Shown piece after piece: positions 39,101 through 47,840 of a DNA stretch of 64,000 bases. Origin of the DNA: Candidatus Aenigmatarchaeota archaeon (GTDB lineage Archaea; Aenigmatarchaeota; Aenigmatarchaeia; CG10238-14); NCBI GenBank assembly GCA_044343545.1, contig JAWBZR010000002.1, forward strand, positions 3,522 through 67,521, read 5' to 3'. Numbering within the stretch: the first letter of the stretch is position 1; every line of letters starts with the position of its first letter. Made by a program: the position numbers and the translations under genes. The notes beneath the pieces were generated by a model, which was not told where the DNA came from, did no database searches, and worked only from the letters and a program-made list of their open reading frames with translations.

Positions 39101-40365
39101 GAAAGAGCGGCAACTTTAGCAGAAATAATTTCTAGAAGTTGACCAATAGTCATTCTTGATGGAATGCCGTGAGGATTAAACACCAAGTCAGGTACTATGC
39201 CTTCTTCGGTGAATGGCAAATCTTCTTCACCTATTATCAATCCAACTACGCCTTTTTGTCCGTGTCTACTCGCAAATTTGTCTCCCACTTCGGGAATCTT
39301 TAAATCTCTTATAACTACCTTCACAAGTTTGTTACCTTCAGAACTTTCTGTGATGAATACCCTATCAACTATCGCATTTTCGGAATGTTTCAATCTTACG
39401 GAAGTTTCTCTTATGTTCTCAAGGCTTGTTGTGAATTGATCTAATCCGCCTAAAAATCTCAAAGGTGAAGTTTTTCCTATCAAAACATCATCTTTCTTCA
39501 CATTAGTTTCCGGATTAACTATGCCATCTTCTGGTAAATGTTTATAAGCATCTTCACCTGCATATCCCCTTATTCCTGGTTGCGGTATTCCTATTACATC
39601 TTCTTGTCCACCTAAATATCTCTTTTCTTCAGCTTCATAAACCCTAAACATGTATGACCAGAACAAACCTCTTTCTATTGAGGATTTGTTTAGCACAATG
39701 GCATCTTCCATGTTGTATCCTAAAAACGACATGACAGCAATGGTAACGTTACATCCACCAGGATGCTCTTTATCGTTGATAATTTCGTTCATATGTGTCT
39801 TTACCAGCGGAACTTGAGGGTAAATCATTATGTTTGATTTCGTGTCAACTCTTAGAGGATAGTTTGAAGCATATATTCCTATGGATTGTCCTATCATCTT
39901 ACCTCCGAAATTAACCCTATCACCTCTGTTAAATTCTGCAAAAGGAACAAGAGAAGTTGCTATGCCAAATATGATAGTGGGATCTAGCTCCAAATGCGTG
40001 TGTTTGGGTGTAAGATCTTTTGGTGTTAACGCAACAAGAGCATTTTCTTCTTCTGTCGCATCCAAGTATTCTATAACACCTTGTTTTATTAGGTCACTCC
40101 ACTTAATTTTTCCTGCTTCCAAGGCTTTTATATGCTCTTCCGTTAATTTAGGTTTTCCCTTTTCTACAACTATTAATGGCCTTCTCGCCCTTCCAGGTTC
40201 AGTAGAAATCATGACTATATCAAAATGATCCAAGTAAGAGACGTTAAGCTGATTCGAAAGCAAACCTTTCCTTCTCTTTTCTCTCAACATTTCTACAAAT
40301 TTTTTTGCATCCTTTACCTTACCGACATATTTTCCGTCCAAAAACACATCAACCATTTTTCTCAA
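36082..40365 (-). CDS. rpoB1-rpoA1: DNA-directed RNA polymerase subunit B' (C-terminal half of split RpoB) fused in frame to subunit A' (1427-aa single ORF)
   Basis: Residues 1-600 carry RpoB C-terminal motifs ([15 protein letters not shown], zinc ribbon CKECG...CPMCG). Residues 603-1427 carry RpoA' motifs (clamp Zn CRTCGG...[22 protein letters not shown]). No stop or start codon at the junction ...[30 protein letters not shown]... at about 38540-38575. Confidence 0.85.
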   Translation of the reverse strand: MRKMVDVFLDGKYVGKVKDAKKFVEMLREKRRKGLLSNQLNVSYLDHFDIVMISTEPGRARRPLIVVEKGKPKLTEEHIKALEAGKIKWSDLIKQGVIEYLDATEEENALVALTPKDLTPKHTHLELDPTIIFGIATSLVPFAEFNRGDRVNFGGKMIGQSIGIYASNYPLRVDTKSNIMIYPQVPLVKTHMNEIINDKEHPGGCNVTIAVMSFLGYNMEDAIVLNKSSIERGLFWSYMFRVYEAEEKRYLGGQEDVIGIPQPGIRGYAGEDAYKHLPEDGIVNPETNVKKDDVLIGKTSPLRFLGGLDQFTTSLENIRETSVRLKHSENAIVDRVFITESSEGNKLVKVVIRDLKIPEVGDKFASRHGQKGVVGLIIGEEDLPFTEEGIVPDLVFNPHGIPSRMTIGQLLEIISAKVAALSGEPIYSPPFHPPEEKQIREMLKKFGYDDDGKEVMFDGRTGQKLMNKILIGSIFYQKLDHLVSNKMYARSKGPVALLTKQPTEGKSKMGGLRLGEMEKDCLIAHGASLLLKERFDSDKISIPICKECGIEAINDRVKNKKFCPMCGGSKIIDVDMSYAFKLLLDELKSMVIYPKLTINEDLNIIDKITFSVLTPEMIRKMSASKISKTELYDQEGYPIEGGLMDPRLGVIDPGLRCRTCGGTVGECRGHFGHLELTKPVIHVNYAKLIYNILRYTCRKCGKVLITPEDAEKLKKKKSLKKLKTLVKSTCPYCNEKQKKIKYIKPTTYQEDEDVLTPVQIRERLEKIPDSELQYLGIKGVRPEVFVLTILPIPPVTVRPSITLETGERSEDDLTHKLVDIVRINKRLRENIDLGAPDFIIQDLWELLQYHVATYMNNEISGVPPARHRSGRILKTLAQRLKTKEGRFRGNLIGKRVNYSARTVISPDPFLDIDEVGVPLSIAKELTIPVVVNERNIEKIKQMIERYPEWPTINYVNRPDGRRKKVTEQNKADIIKELEPGYIVEKQIEDGDWSIFNRQPSLHRMSMMGHRVRVMPWNTFRLNLTVAPPYNADFDGDEMNLHIPQTKEAQVETNLLTRVSTQFRSPRFSSVIIGAINDHITGLYILTTKMKLPRKDVISLVKACDLEIEVPEKKEFTGQEIFSLFLPKDFNFEYTKGDTKIVIKNGELEGFIDESGVGAFKGKILDEIEKVYGGEYAKKFLFNITKLSLEFLTRYGFSIAISDYDVSPKIIEKINNQLDKVKDEVNELIKEFKKGNIKGVVGKTPRETLETLIKIKLADTLNEITNLVAKNIQENSVYIMAKSGARGSLVNMVQCIACLGQETLRGERIRIGYYKRTFTHFERNDISLESKGFVRHGYKTGLTPFEFFFDAMNSREGLMDKSLKTRHSGYLERRLIGALKDLKVEYDGTVRDSMKKIIQFVPAEDGLDPSRIQKGDINVEKIARRLFG

Positions 40366-41863
40366 CCTCTTTCAACACAGTATCCTCTATTATTTTGAAC
40401 TCTTTTTCAGTCACTCCAGAAGTAACTTGGGTCATTATCGCTAGATACTTTCTCAACCCAATCGTTGCACCTTCTGGTGTTTGTGACGGGTCAATCTTGC
40501 CCCATTGTGTTGGATGCAAAATTCTTGCTTCGAAATGTTCTTGAGTGGATGTAAGGGGTGACAATACATTTCTCATGTGTGAAAGTGTCTTTACAAAACT
40601 ACCTCTTTCCAACCTTTGTGACACGCCAGTCCTACCACCAACCCAAGAGCCTATTGCTATCGCTGAATTTACTTGGTTCGTTAAAACACTCGATTCGACG
40701 ATGGATTGCAAGGGCGGAAACCTCCCTCTTTTAGTAAGTTTTTGATAATTGTATGTTATTCTCGTTATAAGACCCCATTTACCAAGGAGTATCGACCTAA
40801 ACAATATTTCCAGCAGATCTCCGGACAATCTCAATCTTTTGTTAGAATAATGATCCAAATCATCTTTTGGTGTTTTTTTGAGATGATATTTTATAATCCT
40901 TTCACACGCTTTTATCAAGTAGAAAGCTTTTGTTAAACGATCCTTTTTTTCTTGACCTAAATGAGGAAGCAAATATTTGTCTAGTAACTTGTTGACCCTA
41001 TCTTGTCTATATTCTTTTTGAACAATTTTCAAGAAATCAGCAATCTCTTCCATAGCCTCCTTGCTTGTAGCTGCTTGTGTCTCAAACAAGTTTGGATAAA
41101 ACTCTTGCTGAACTTCAGGATCTTCGGATAAGCTCATAATTATGTCTCTATCCGTTTCTAAACCCAAAGCACGAATTAATATTATTATCGGCATTTTGTT
41201 AACATTCGCAAAACTTATTCTTATTATGCCGTCACCTTTCCTTTCTATTATGTGTCTTTGTATATATCCATCTTTTTCAGAATGAATTCTTGCCGTTTCC
41301 GTCACGTTGGGCGTGGATGACTTTTCTACTATTATTTTGTTTGGTGCTATTTCTTCTATTAACACAAGCACTCTTTCCGTTCCGTTTATGATAAAATAAC
41401 CGCCAGGGTCATCAGGGTCTTCGCCTGCCTTTATCAATTCGTCTCTATCCATTTTGGATAAAGGACAAATTTTTGATTTTAACATGATGGGAAGATCACC
41501 AAAGTTAACCATTACCGGTTCGCTTTCTATGTCGTTTAGGGTTGGTGTCATTTCAAGATACATTGGCGCAGAATACGTGAGGTTTCTTATCCTCGCTTCC
41601 AATGGCAATATAGGTCTTTCCGAGCCATCAGCTTCTTTTATCCAAGGGCCCCATCTATCATTTCCCAAAGGCTTGCCTATCTTAAATTTTCCTAATTTTA
41701 TTCTAAAATCTCCCAAGTCAGGAACTTCTGGTCTTATTTCTTTTATTTGTTTTATTATTGCAGGAATCCTGTTTTCAATGAAATCATTGTATGAATCTAT
41801 TTGAAATTTAACCAAACCTTCTTCCTTGACGAATGATTTTAACATCGTCATATATTCTTTCAT
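40349..41863 (-). CDS. rpoB2: DNA-directed RNA polymerase subunit B'' (N-terminal half of split RpoB)
   Basis: 504 aa with RpoB N-terminal lobe/protrusion patterns. Overlaps the rpoB' start by 17 nt. Confidence 0.9.
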   Translation of the reverse strand: MKEYMTMLKSFVKEEGLVKFQIDSYNDFIENRIPAIIKQIKEIRPEVPDLGDFRIKLGKFKIGKPLGNDRWGPWIKEADGSERPILPLEARIRNLTYSAPMYLEMTPTLNDIESEPVMVNFGDLPIMLKSKICPLSKMDRDELIKAGEDPDDPGGYFIINGTERVLVLIEEIAPNKIIVEKSSTPNVTETARIHSEKDGYIQRHIIERKGDGIIRISFANVNKMPIIILIRALGLETDRDIIMSLSEDPEVQQEFYPNLFETQAATSKEAMEEIADFLKIVQKEYRQDRVNKLLDKYLLPHLGQEKKDRLTKAFYLIKACERIIKYHLKKTPKDDLDHYSNKRLRLSGDLLEILFRSILLGKWGLITRITYNYQKLTKRGRFPPLQSIVESSVLTNQVNSAIAIGSWVGGRTGVSQRLERGSFVKTLSHMRNVLSPLTSTQEHFEARILHPTQWGKIDPSQTPEGATIGLRKYLAIMTQVTSGVTEKEFKIIEDTVLKEVEKNG

Positions 41864-41865
41864 TC

Positions 41866-42120
41866 CTATTCCTCCACAACGATTCTATAATACACAACTT
41901 CTTTTGCAATGCTACTCTTTCTTATTATTTTTATTAAATCTCCGGGTTTCGCTCCTAGCGCCTTCACGACAGGGTCAGTTGATTTTATTTGGGGAAGTTG
42001 ATTCAATTTTGTTATCTTATATTTTTCCAAGATTTTTTGCTTTTCTTCTTCAGAAACAATGTAATGTTTTGGCACCAATTCATGCTCTAAGATGTTAATA
42101 TTGGTTTCTTCTTTCAACAC
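41866..42120 (-). CDS. rpoH: DNA-directed RNA polymerase subunit H
   Basis: 84 aa. [19 protein letters not shown]...[11 protein letters not shown]. First gene of the rpo cluster. Confidence 0.8.
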   Translation of the reverse strand: MLKEETNINILEHELVPKHYIVSEEEKQKILEKYKITKLNQLPQIKSTDPVVKALGAKPGDLIKIIRKSSIAKEVVYYRIVVEE

Positions 42121-42121
42121 A

Positions 42122-42225
42122 TCACCCTTTACGCTCTGGCCGGGATTTGAACCCGGGTCACGGGAGTTCTGCTTATTATTGACAGTCCCGTATGATTAGC
42201 CTCAAGGATGATTGGGCCAGCTACA
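42122..42225 (-). tRNA. tRNA-Asp (anticodon GUC) with two introns: a canonical 13-nt intron at 37/38 and a 16-nt insertion in the D-arm
   Basis: Reverse complement: GCTCTGG TA GTGTAGCTGGCC[CAATCATCCTTGAGGC]TAATCAT ACGGGA CTGTCA[ATAATAAGCAGAA]C TCCCG TGAC CCGGGTTCAAATCCCGG CCAGAGC G. The spliced form closely matches archaeal tRNA-Asp as recalled for Methanocaldococcus. Confidence 0.75.
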
Positions 42226-42332
42226 CTACCAGAGCAATTAAGATTTTTTTTATTAAAAGAATTTATAAAAATTTTTGCTGGGTTGGCAGTATAGCTATTT
42301 TTGATCAATAACACATCACCGTGAGTGAATGA

Positions 42333-42448
<116 letters not shown>

Positions 42449-42833
42449 TTTACTATTTTATACCAACAAATATTTAAAAATATAATTTTCGTCTACTCGA
42501 TAAAAAATTAAAAATTTTCGGCATTTTAAACATATGATTCCTGTAGTTGCGTGGGATATAGAGAGAACATTGATAACAACAAGCTATGAAAATGATTTTG
42601 CTGCTTTTTTAGCTCTTTTTTTAGGAAACGTAATTACGTTCAAGATAACCAATTTATGTAGATTAAATAGGCCTTACAAAACTTCACCTATACATATGTG
42701 TGATAAAGAGGGTGACGAAGCGGTAAGTTACGTAGGAGTTTCAGCAATCATAGTTGGAAATAAAGAAAATTTTATGGCACAAATATTCAAGTGTTGATAA
42801 TTTTTGTGATGGTAGAGTTATAGGGGTTTTATA

Positions 42834-42948
42834 ATCCCCCCGGCCGGATTTGAACCAGCAACCCTTCGGTTTCTGACGAGCATACGCCGGTGACGAATGC
42901 TTTTAGCAAACGTCTACAGCCGAATGCTCTACCGTTGAGCTACGGGGG
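42834..42948 (-). tRNA. tRNA-Tyr (anticodon GUA) with an intron of about 43 nt at the canonical position
   Basis: Reverse complement: CCCCCCG TA GCTC AACGGTA GAGC A TTCGG CTGTAG[A CGTTTGCTAAAAGCATTCGTCACCGGCGTATGCTCGTCAGAA]A CCGAA GGGTT GCTGG TTCAAAT CCGGC CGGGGGG A. The C1:G72 pair is the archaeal Tyr identity element. Confidence 0.8.
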
Positions 42949-43000
42949 GTCATAATTACAATAATCAATTTAATTAAAATATTTTAACCATATAATTTTT

Positions 43001-44398
43001 CTATTTCACTCTTTTGGAGAAGGTGACGATTTTTTCAGCAATCTTGTTTATGACACTCTTCCCTGATTTATAACTAAAGTAAGCTTTTGGCAACCTTACC
43101 TTTCCATCAATATTCATCGTTGGCTTTATTCTGTACGACAAAACTCTATCTTCTTTCGGTTTAAGTTTGTCTATTCTCCATATTAAATTTGTACCCTTTG
43201 GCGTGACTTTGATTTCAGGTTTCAACGTGTCGAATTCTTTGACAACGATGAATACAGGAGGAACAATATCTTTAACAACAACGTTGTCTATTTCTCTTAA
43301 AGAATTATTTTTTATGTGCAGTGTCACGAGATTTTCTTTTTCCAAATCTAATTTTTCAGAATATTTTTTCATCAATGTTGGTTTGTGTAAGAGGGAAAGA
43401 ATAAATGTCATGAAAAGTAGGAACAAAAATATAACAAAAGCAGCGCTACCAAATCTCAAAGAATATTGTAAGTTTACAGATTGATTGGGCTTGACATCAC
43501 TAAAACTCCACGTATAAGTTATTCTATTTTCTTTTTCTTCGCTTTTTTCTGGCTCAATTTCAGGATAAAAAAAGTATTTGGAAAATTTCGGCATGGTTTC
43601 CGTGATAATTATATTTTGAGGATAATTTCCCTTGTTCGTTACATTTATTGTGAATGTCACTTCCAACAAAGTTTTATGTATCTTTTTTTCTTTTTCTATC
43701 TCGCTATATTTTTTTATCGTGAAAAAACTTGATTTAGAATGAATAGGATTTCCAAATTCATCATACATAAAAACTTGAACTTTGTATAAGCCAGGTTCAT
43801 ATGTATTTTTTATTTCAAACGGTATCGACAAGGTTTTTGTTGTCAAAGGTTGCAGAATCAACTCTTCATCCAAAACCGCTATTTGCTCTTCATCCTTTAA
43901 TATTTTAGTTTTAACCATCACGTGTTTGCCCTGCGTTTTGTCCAAGTTAACTAACATTGGTTTTATGATTAGTGTTTCTTTCGGCGAAAAAACATCTTGA
44001 TTTAACGTCAAGTCAGAAAAATACGTTCCCGTTCTTCTTCTTATATTCAATATTATGTCCAAGCTTGCTATTTTGGTTGTTTGTGTTGATTTTGCTTTGA
44101 TACTAAAAACTACATTTCCCACATCTGCATCTATCGGCGGCTCTATGACAAATTTTATAATTTCTTCTTCGTTCGGATCTAAACTTACAAAATATTTTTC
44201 TAAACTTATCCAGCTACTGGGCCAAATTCCTATGTAAAAAGTATCTCTTTGTCCATCATCGTTGATTATTTTGAACTTGACTGTTGTTTTTTCTAAAGTA
44301 TAAACAGTTTCTGGATAATCCACCATTTCTATTCTTAATGACGATGCAAAGGGGAATAGTAAAAGCAAAAAAACAAGGACGAATTTCACCAGTTTCAT
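43001..44398 (-). CDS. Secreted/surface protein with N-terminal signal peptide and C-proximal TM anchor
   Basis: MKLVKFVLVFLLLLFPFASS signal, beta-rich body, hydrophobic stretch FVIFLFLLFMTFILSLL. 465 aa. Confidence 0.4.
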   Translation of the reverse strand: MKLVKFVLVFLLLLFPFASSLRIEMVDYPETVYTLEKTTVKFKIINDDGQRDTFYIGIWPSSWISLEKYFVSLDPNEEEIIKFVIEPPIDADVGNVVFSIKAKSTQTTKIASLDIILNIRRRTGTYFSDLTLNQDVFSPKETLIIKPMLVNLDKTQGKHVMVKTKILKDEEQIAVLDEELILQPLTTKTLSIPFEIKNTYEPGLYKVQVFMYDEFGNPIHSKSSFFTIKKYSEIEKEKKIHKTLLEVTFTINVTNKGNYPQNIIITETMPKFSKYFFYPEIEPEKSEEKENRITYTWSFSDVKPNQSVNLQYSLRFGSAAFVIFLFLLFMTFILSLLHKPTLMKKYSEKLDLEKENLVTLHIKNNSLREIDNVVVKDIVPPVFIVVKEFDTLKPEIKVTPKGTNLIWRIDKLKPKEDRVLSYRIKPTMNIDGKVRLPKAYFSYKSGKSVINKIAEKIVTFSKRVK

Positions 44399-44442
44399 AA
44401 TTATTAATTATTTTTTTTTTATTTTAATATTAAGTTTTTTCG

Positions 44443-45171
44443 TCATTGTTGCTGCTTTTTACCTAAATTTCTCATCCAATTGTAAAACTTTACGAATATG
44501 CTTTCTTTCCCTTCCTTTTTATCTTCCTTTTTCTCTTCCCTTACCTTTTCTTGAATTTTCACATCTTTCAAACTTTCAAAAACACTCTTTTTTATCACAA
44601 ATCTATCCTTTCCTGTTTCCTTGAAAAACCACGGTAATTCTCTTCCATATTCTTCCGACCAGCTTATATTTTCGAATGGTATAACGTCAGTTTTGTAATA
44701 TTGTTCGTATGGTAAAGGAAAACCTATAGCCAAAACACCGACTGGCCTTAATTTGTCGGGTATTTTTAGAATTCTTTTTATTGCTTCTTCCTCGAAAGCA
44801 TGAACCCATGATGCACCCAATCCTAACGAATGTGCGGCTAAAAGCATGTTTTGAATAGCAGCGCCAGTATCTTGTATTGCATATAAATTTCTTCCTCTTT
44901 CACCAAATTTCAATGAAACTTTTTCCAAGTTTGCACAAACGATTATTAATAGTGGAGCCTCTTCTACGTGTCTTTGACCCAAACAGGCGATAGAAATTTC
45001 TGACTTGGCTTTCTTGTCTTTAACAACTATAAATTCCCAAGGTTGTATATCGCCTGCAGAAGCAGCCAATGTGCCCGCGTGAAGTATCTGTGCTATTAAT
45101 TCTTCAGGAACATCTCTCTTGTCATAAACTTTTACATTTACTCGTGTTTCCATCGCTTCGAAAACATCCAT
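44443..45171 (-). CDS. Nitroreductase-family flavoprotein with a Lys/Glu-rich C-terminal tail
   Basis: ...AGTLAASAGDIQPWEFIVV... and ...AIQNMLLAAHSLGLGASWV... nitroreductase patterns. Confidence 0.65.
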   Translation of the reverse strand: MDVFEAMETRVNVKVYDKRDVPEELIAQILHAGTLAASAGDIQPWEFIVVKDKKAKSEISIACLGQRHVEEAPLLIIVCANLEKVSLKFGERGRNLYAIQDTGAAIQNMLLAAHSLGLGASWVHAFEEEAIKRILKIPDKLRPVGVLAIGFPLPYEQYYKTDVIPFENISWSEEYGRELPWFFKETGKDRFVIKKSVFESLKDVKIQEKVREEKKEDKKEGKESIFVKFYNWMRNLGKKQQQ

Positions 45172-45210
45172 TATTAAATCATTGGTTAACGTGAATAATA
45201 AATTTTTACA

Positions 45211-46935
45211 TTGAGGATATTATTTTTGATGAAATATTCTGAAATAGTAAAAACCTATGATTTGTTGGAGAAAACATCTTCAAAGATTTCAAAAACAGAA
45301 ATTTTGACAGAGCTTTTAAAGAATACACCATCAAGAGAAATGGAGATGGTAGTTTTATTGATTCAAGGTATGGTTTTCCCAAAATATACAGGATATGATT
45401 TGGGCGTAGCGCAGCAATTGATGATAAAGGCTATCTCGAGGGCAACGGGTTTTAGTGTGGAAGACGTAGAAAAGATGTTTAAAGAAAAAGGAGATTTGGG
45501 TGTTACTGCAGAAAATTGTGTGAGAGAAAAAAAGCAAGTTTCGCTTTTGAAAAAAGAGCTAGACGTGGAGACAGTTTTCAAAAATTTACAAAAATTGGCA
45601 TTTTTAACAGGAGAGGGTGCTCAGGAAAAAAAACTCAATTTAATTGCAGAGTTGCTTTCATTCGCAAAACCAGAAGAAGCAAAATACATAGTGAGAACAA
45701 TATTGGGAGATTTAAGGGTGGGCGTGGCTGAAGGAATAATAAGAGATACCATTGCCAAAGCCTTTTTGCCTGAGGGAGACGAAAGTTTACAAGCTTTGGA
45801 GCGTGCCATAAATATCTATCCTAACTTCGGCGAGGTTGCTTTGATAGCAAAAGAAAAAGGTTTGAGTGGTTTGAAAGAAATAAAAGTAAAAATAGGACAA
45901 CCAATTCAAGTGATGCTTGGTGAAAAAGCTGAAAGTATAAAGGATGTTGTCGAAGAATTCGGCAAAGTAGCAGCTGAATACAAGTACGATGGCATGAGAG
46001 CACAAATACACAAAGATGAAAACAATATATGGATATTCACGAGAAGACTTGAAGACGTCACAAAGCAATTTCCGGATTTGGTTGAATTGTGCAGAAAGCA
46101 TTTGAAAGCAAAAAGATGTATAGTCGAAGGAGAAGTCGTCGCTGTGGATAAGAATAAATCACCTTTGCCATTTCAAGTGCTATCACAAAGGATTCAAAGA
46201 AAATATGAAATAGAAAAAATGGTAAAAGAGATTCCCATTCAAATAAACTTGTTCGATGTTGTTTTTGTTGATGGTGTCTCATTGTTCGAAAGTAGCTTGG
46301 TTGAAAGAAGAAAAGTGCTTGAAGAAATCGTGGAAGAAAAAAAGGATGAGTTTATGTTGGCAAAGCAAATAGTTACAGATGACGTAAATTTGCTGGAAAA
46401 ATTTTATAAAGAAGCTTTAGATGCAAAACAAGAAGGAATATTTTTGAAGGTTTTGACTTCGAAATATGTTTTTGGAAGACATGTTGGTGGATGGTATAAA
46501 ATAAAGCCAACGCTTGAAACTTTGGACTTGGTAATAACAGGAGCAACGTGGGGTACTGGCAAGAGGGCTGGTTGGTTAGGTTCTTTCATATTGGCTTGCA
46601 GGGATGAAAAGACAGGTAAATTCTTAGAGTGCGGAATGCTCGGTACTGGAGTGAAAGAAAAAAAATCTACTGAAACTGATATAACATTTGAAGAATTGAC
46701 AAATTTACTAAAACCTTTAATAATTTCTGAAGAAGGAAATAGCGTGAGATTCAAACCGAAAGTTGTAATATCTGTGGATTATCAAGAAATTCAAATATCA
46801 CCAAATTATGAGTCGGGTTTTGCTTTGAGATTTCCGCGATTTGTTGCTTTGCGCGTAGATAAAGGACCTGAAGATGCTGATACTGTTGAAAGAATAAAAT
46901 ATCTTTACGAGCTACAAAAAAAGACTAAAAAATAG
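45211..46935 (+). CDS. lig: ATP-dependent DNA ligase
   Basis: Adenylation motif I EYKYDGMRAQIH (KxDG), OB-fold domain, and a C-terminal conserved motif. 574 aa. Confidence 0.9.
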   Translation: MRILFLMKYSEIVKTYDLLEKTSSKISKTEILTELLKNTPSREMEMVVLLIQGMVFPKYTGYDLGVAQQLMIKAISRATGFSVEDVEKMFKEKGDLGVTAENCVREKKQVSLLKKELDVETVFKNLQKLAFLTGEGAQEKKLNLIAELLSFAKPEEAKYIVRTILGDLRVGVAEGIIRDTIAKAFLPEGDESLQALERAINIYPNFGEVALIAKEKGLSGLKEIKVKIGQPIQVMLGEKAESIKDVVEEFGKVAAEYKYDGMRAQIHKDENNIWIFTRRLEDVTKQFPDLVELCRKHLKAKRCIVEGEVVAVDKNKSPLPFQVLSQRIQRKYEIEKMVKEIPIQINLFDVVFVDGVSLFESSLVERRKVLEEIVEEKKDEFMLAKQIVTDDVNLLEKFYKEALDAKQEGIFLKVLTSKYVFGRHVGGWYKIKPTLETLDLVITGATWGTGKRAGWLGSFILACRDEKTGKFLECGMLGTGVKEKKSTETDITFEELTNLLKPLIISEEGNSVRFKPKVVISVDYQEIQISPNYESGFALRFPRFVALRVDKGPEDADTVERIKYLYELQKKTKK

Positions 46936-47016
46936 AAACAAAATTTATCTCGAATTTTTAAGAAAATATTAATTTTTAAATATTCATAGTTGTAACTATT
47001 AAAAGAAGGGATTTTA

Positions 47017-47835
47017 ATGTTAGGGTCACCACAGCTTATGGATACCTTAAAGGGTATAGGTTTAAATTTATATGAAAGAAAGTTGTGGGTTGCCTTGCTC
47101 GCAAAAGGAGTGGCCACGGCGGGAGAATTGTCGGCAATGACAAATGTTCCAAGATCAAGAACATACGATGTTCTTCAAACGCTTGCAGAAAAAGGTTTTG
47201 TTGTTGTGCAAAGCTCCAAGCCATTAAAATATGTCGCGATTCCTCCTCTTGAAGCATTGGAAAGGGTAAAAAATAAGATGAAGATGGACTATGAAGCAAA
47301 AATAGAAAGGATAGAAAGATTGAAAAATTCTCCCTTGCTGGAAGAATTAGAAAACATACACAAGCAAGGGTTGGAATTAATTTCGCCTGAGGATATAAGC
47401 GGATCTTTAAAAGGCAAATATACTGTATTGCAACAGATAGATAGCATGTTCAAGTCAGCATCTCGCTCCATACATATAGTAACAACTCCTGCGGGCTTGA
47501 ACGAGCTTTACGAAAATCATTATAACATGCTAAAAAATCTAAAACAAAAGGGTGTCGAAATCAAGGTTGCTGCGAGAATTGATGATACATGTAAGGAAGC
47601 TTTAACTGCTTTGTCAAGCATTGCTGAAATAAGGAAAATTGTAGACGAGAAATTACCGATTTTTGGCAAGTTTTACATTGTCGACAATCAACAAACAATG
47701 ATGAGCTTAACTCATCCTGATTCGGCTGATATTCATCACATGATGTTTTGGACGAAGTCAGAGCACACATCAAGAGATATTCTAACACCCATTTTCAATT
47801 TGGTTTGGGAACATTCAGTTCCAATAAAAAGTTAA
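47017..47835 (+). CDS. TrmB-family transcriptional regulator
   Basis: N-terminal wHTH LGLNLYERKLWVALLAKGVATAGELSAMTNVPRSRTYDVLQTLAEKGFV. 272 aa with a C-terminal effector-like domain. Confidence 0.6.
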   Translation: MLGSPQLMDTLKGIGLNLYERKLWVALLAKGVATAGELSAMTNVPRSRTYDVLQTLAEKGFVVVQSSKPLKYVAIPPLEALERVKNKMKMDYEAKIERIERLKNSPLLEELENIHKQGLELISPEDISGSLKGKYTVLQQIDSMFKSASRSIHIVTTPAGLNELYENHYNMLKNLKQKGVEIKVAARIDDTCKEALTALSSIAEIRKIVDEKLPIFGKFYIVDNQQTMMSLTHPDSADIHHMMFWTKSEHTSRDILTPIFNLVWEHSVPIKS

Positions 47836-47840
47836 AAAGC

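Noticed and set aside
42534-42797. 87-aa plus-strand ORF between the 5S rRNA and tRNA-Tyr
   Set aside because: It lies antisense to the direction of the stable-RNA cluster, has no motifs and has odd composition. It is most likely a chance ORF in the spacer of the tRNA-Tyr/5S/tRNA-Asp transcription unit. No additional tRNA T-loop motifs (TTCAAAT/TTCGAAT on either strand) were found in this spacer.
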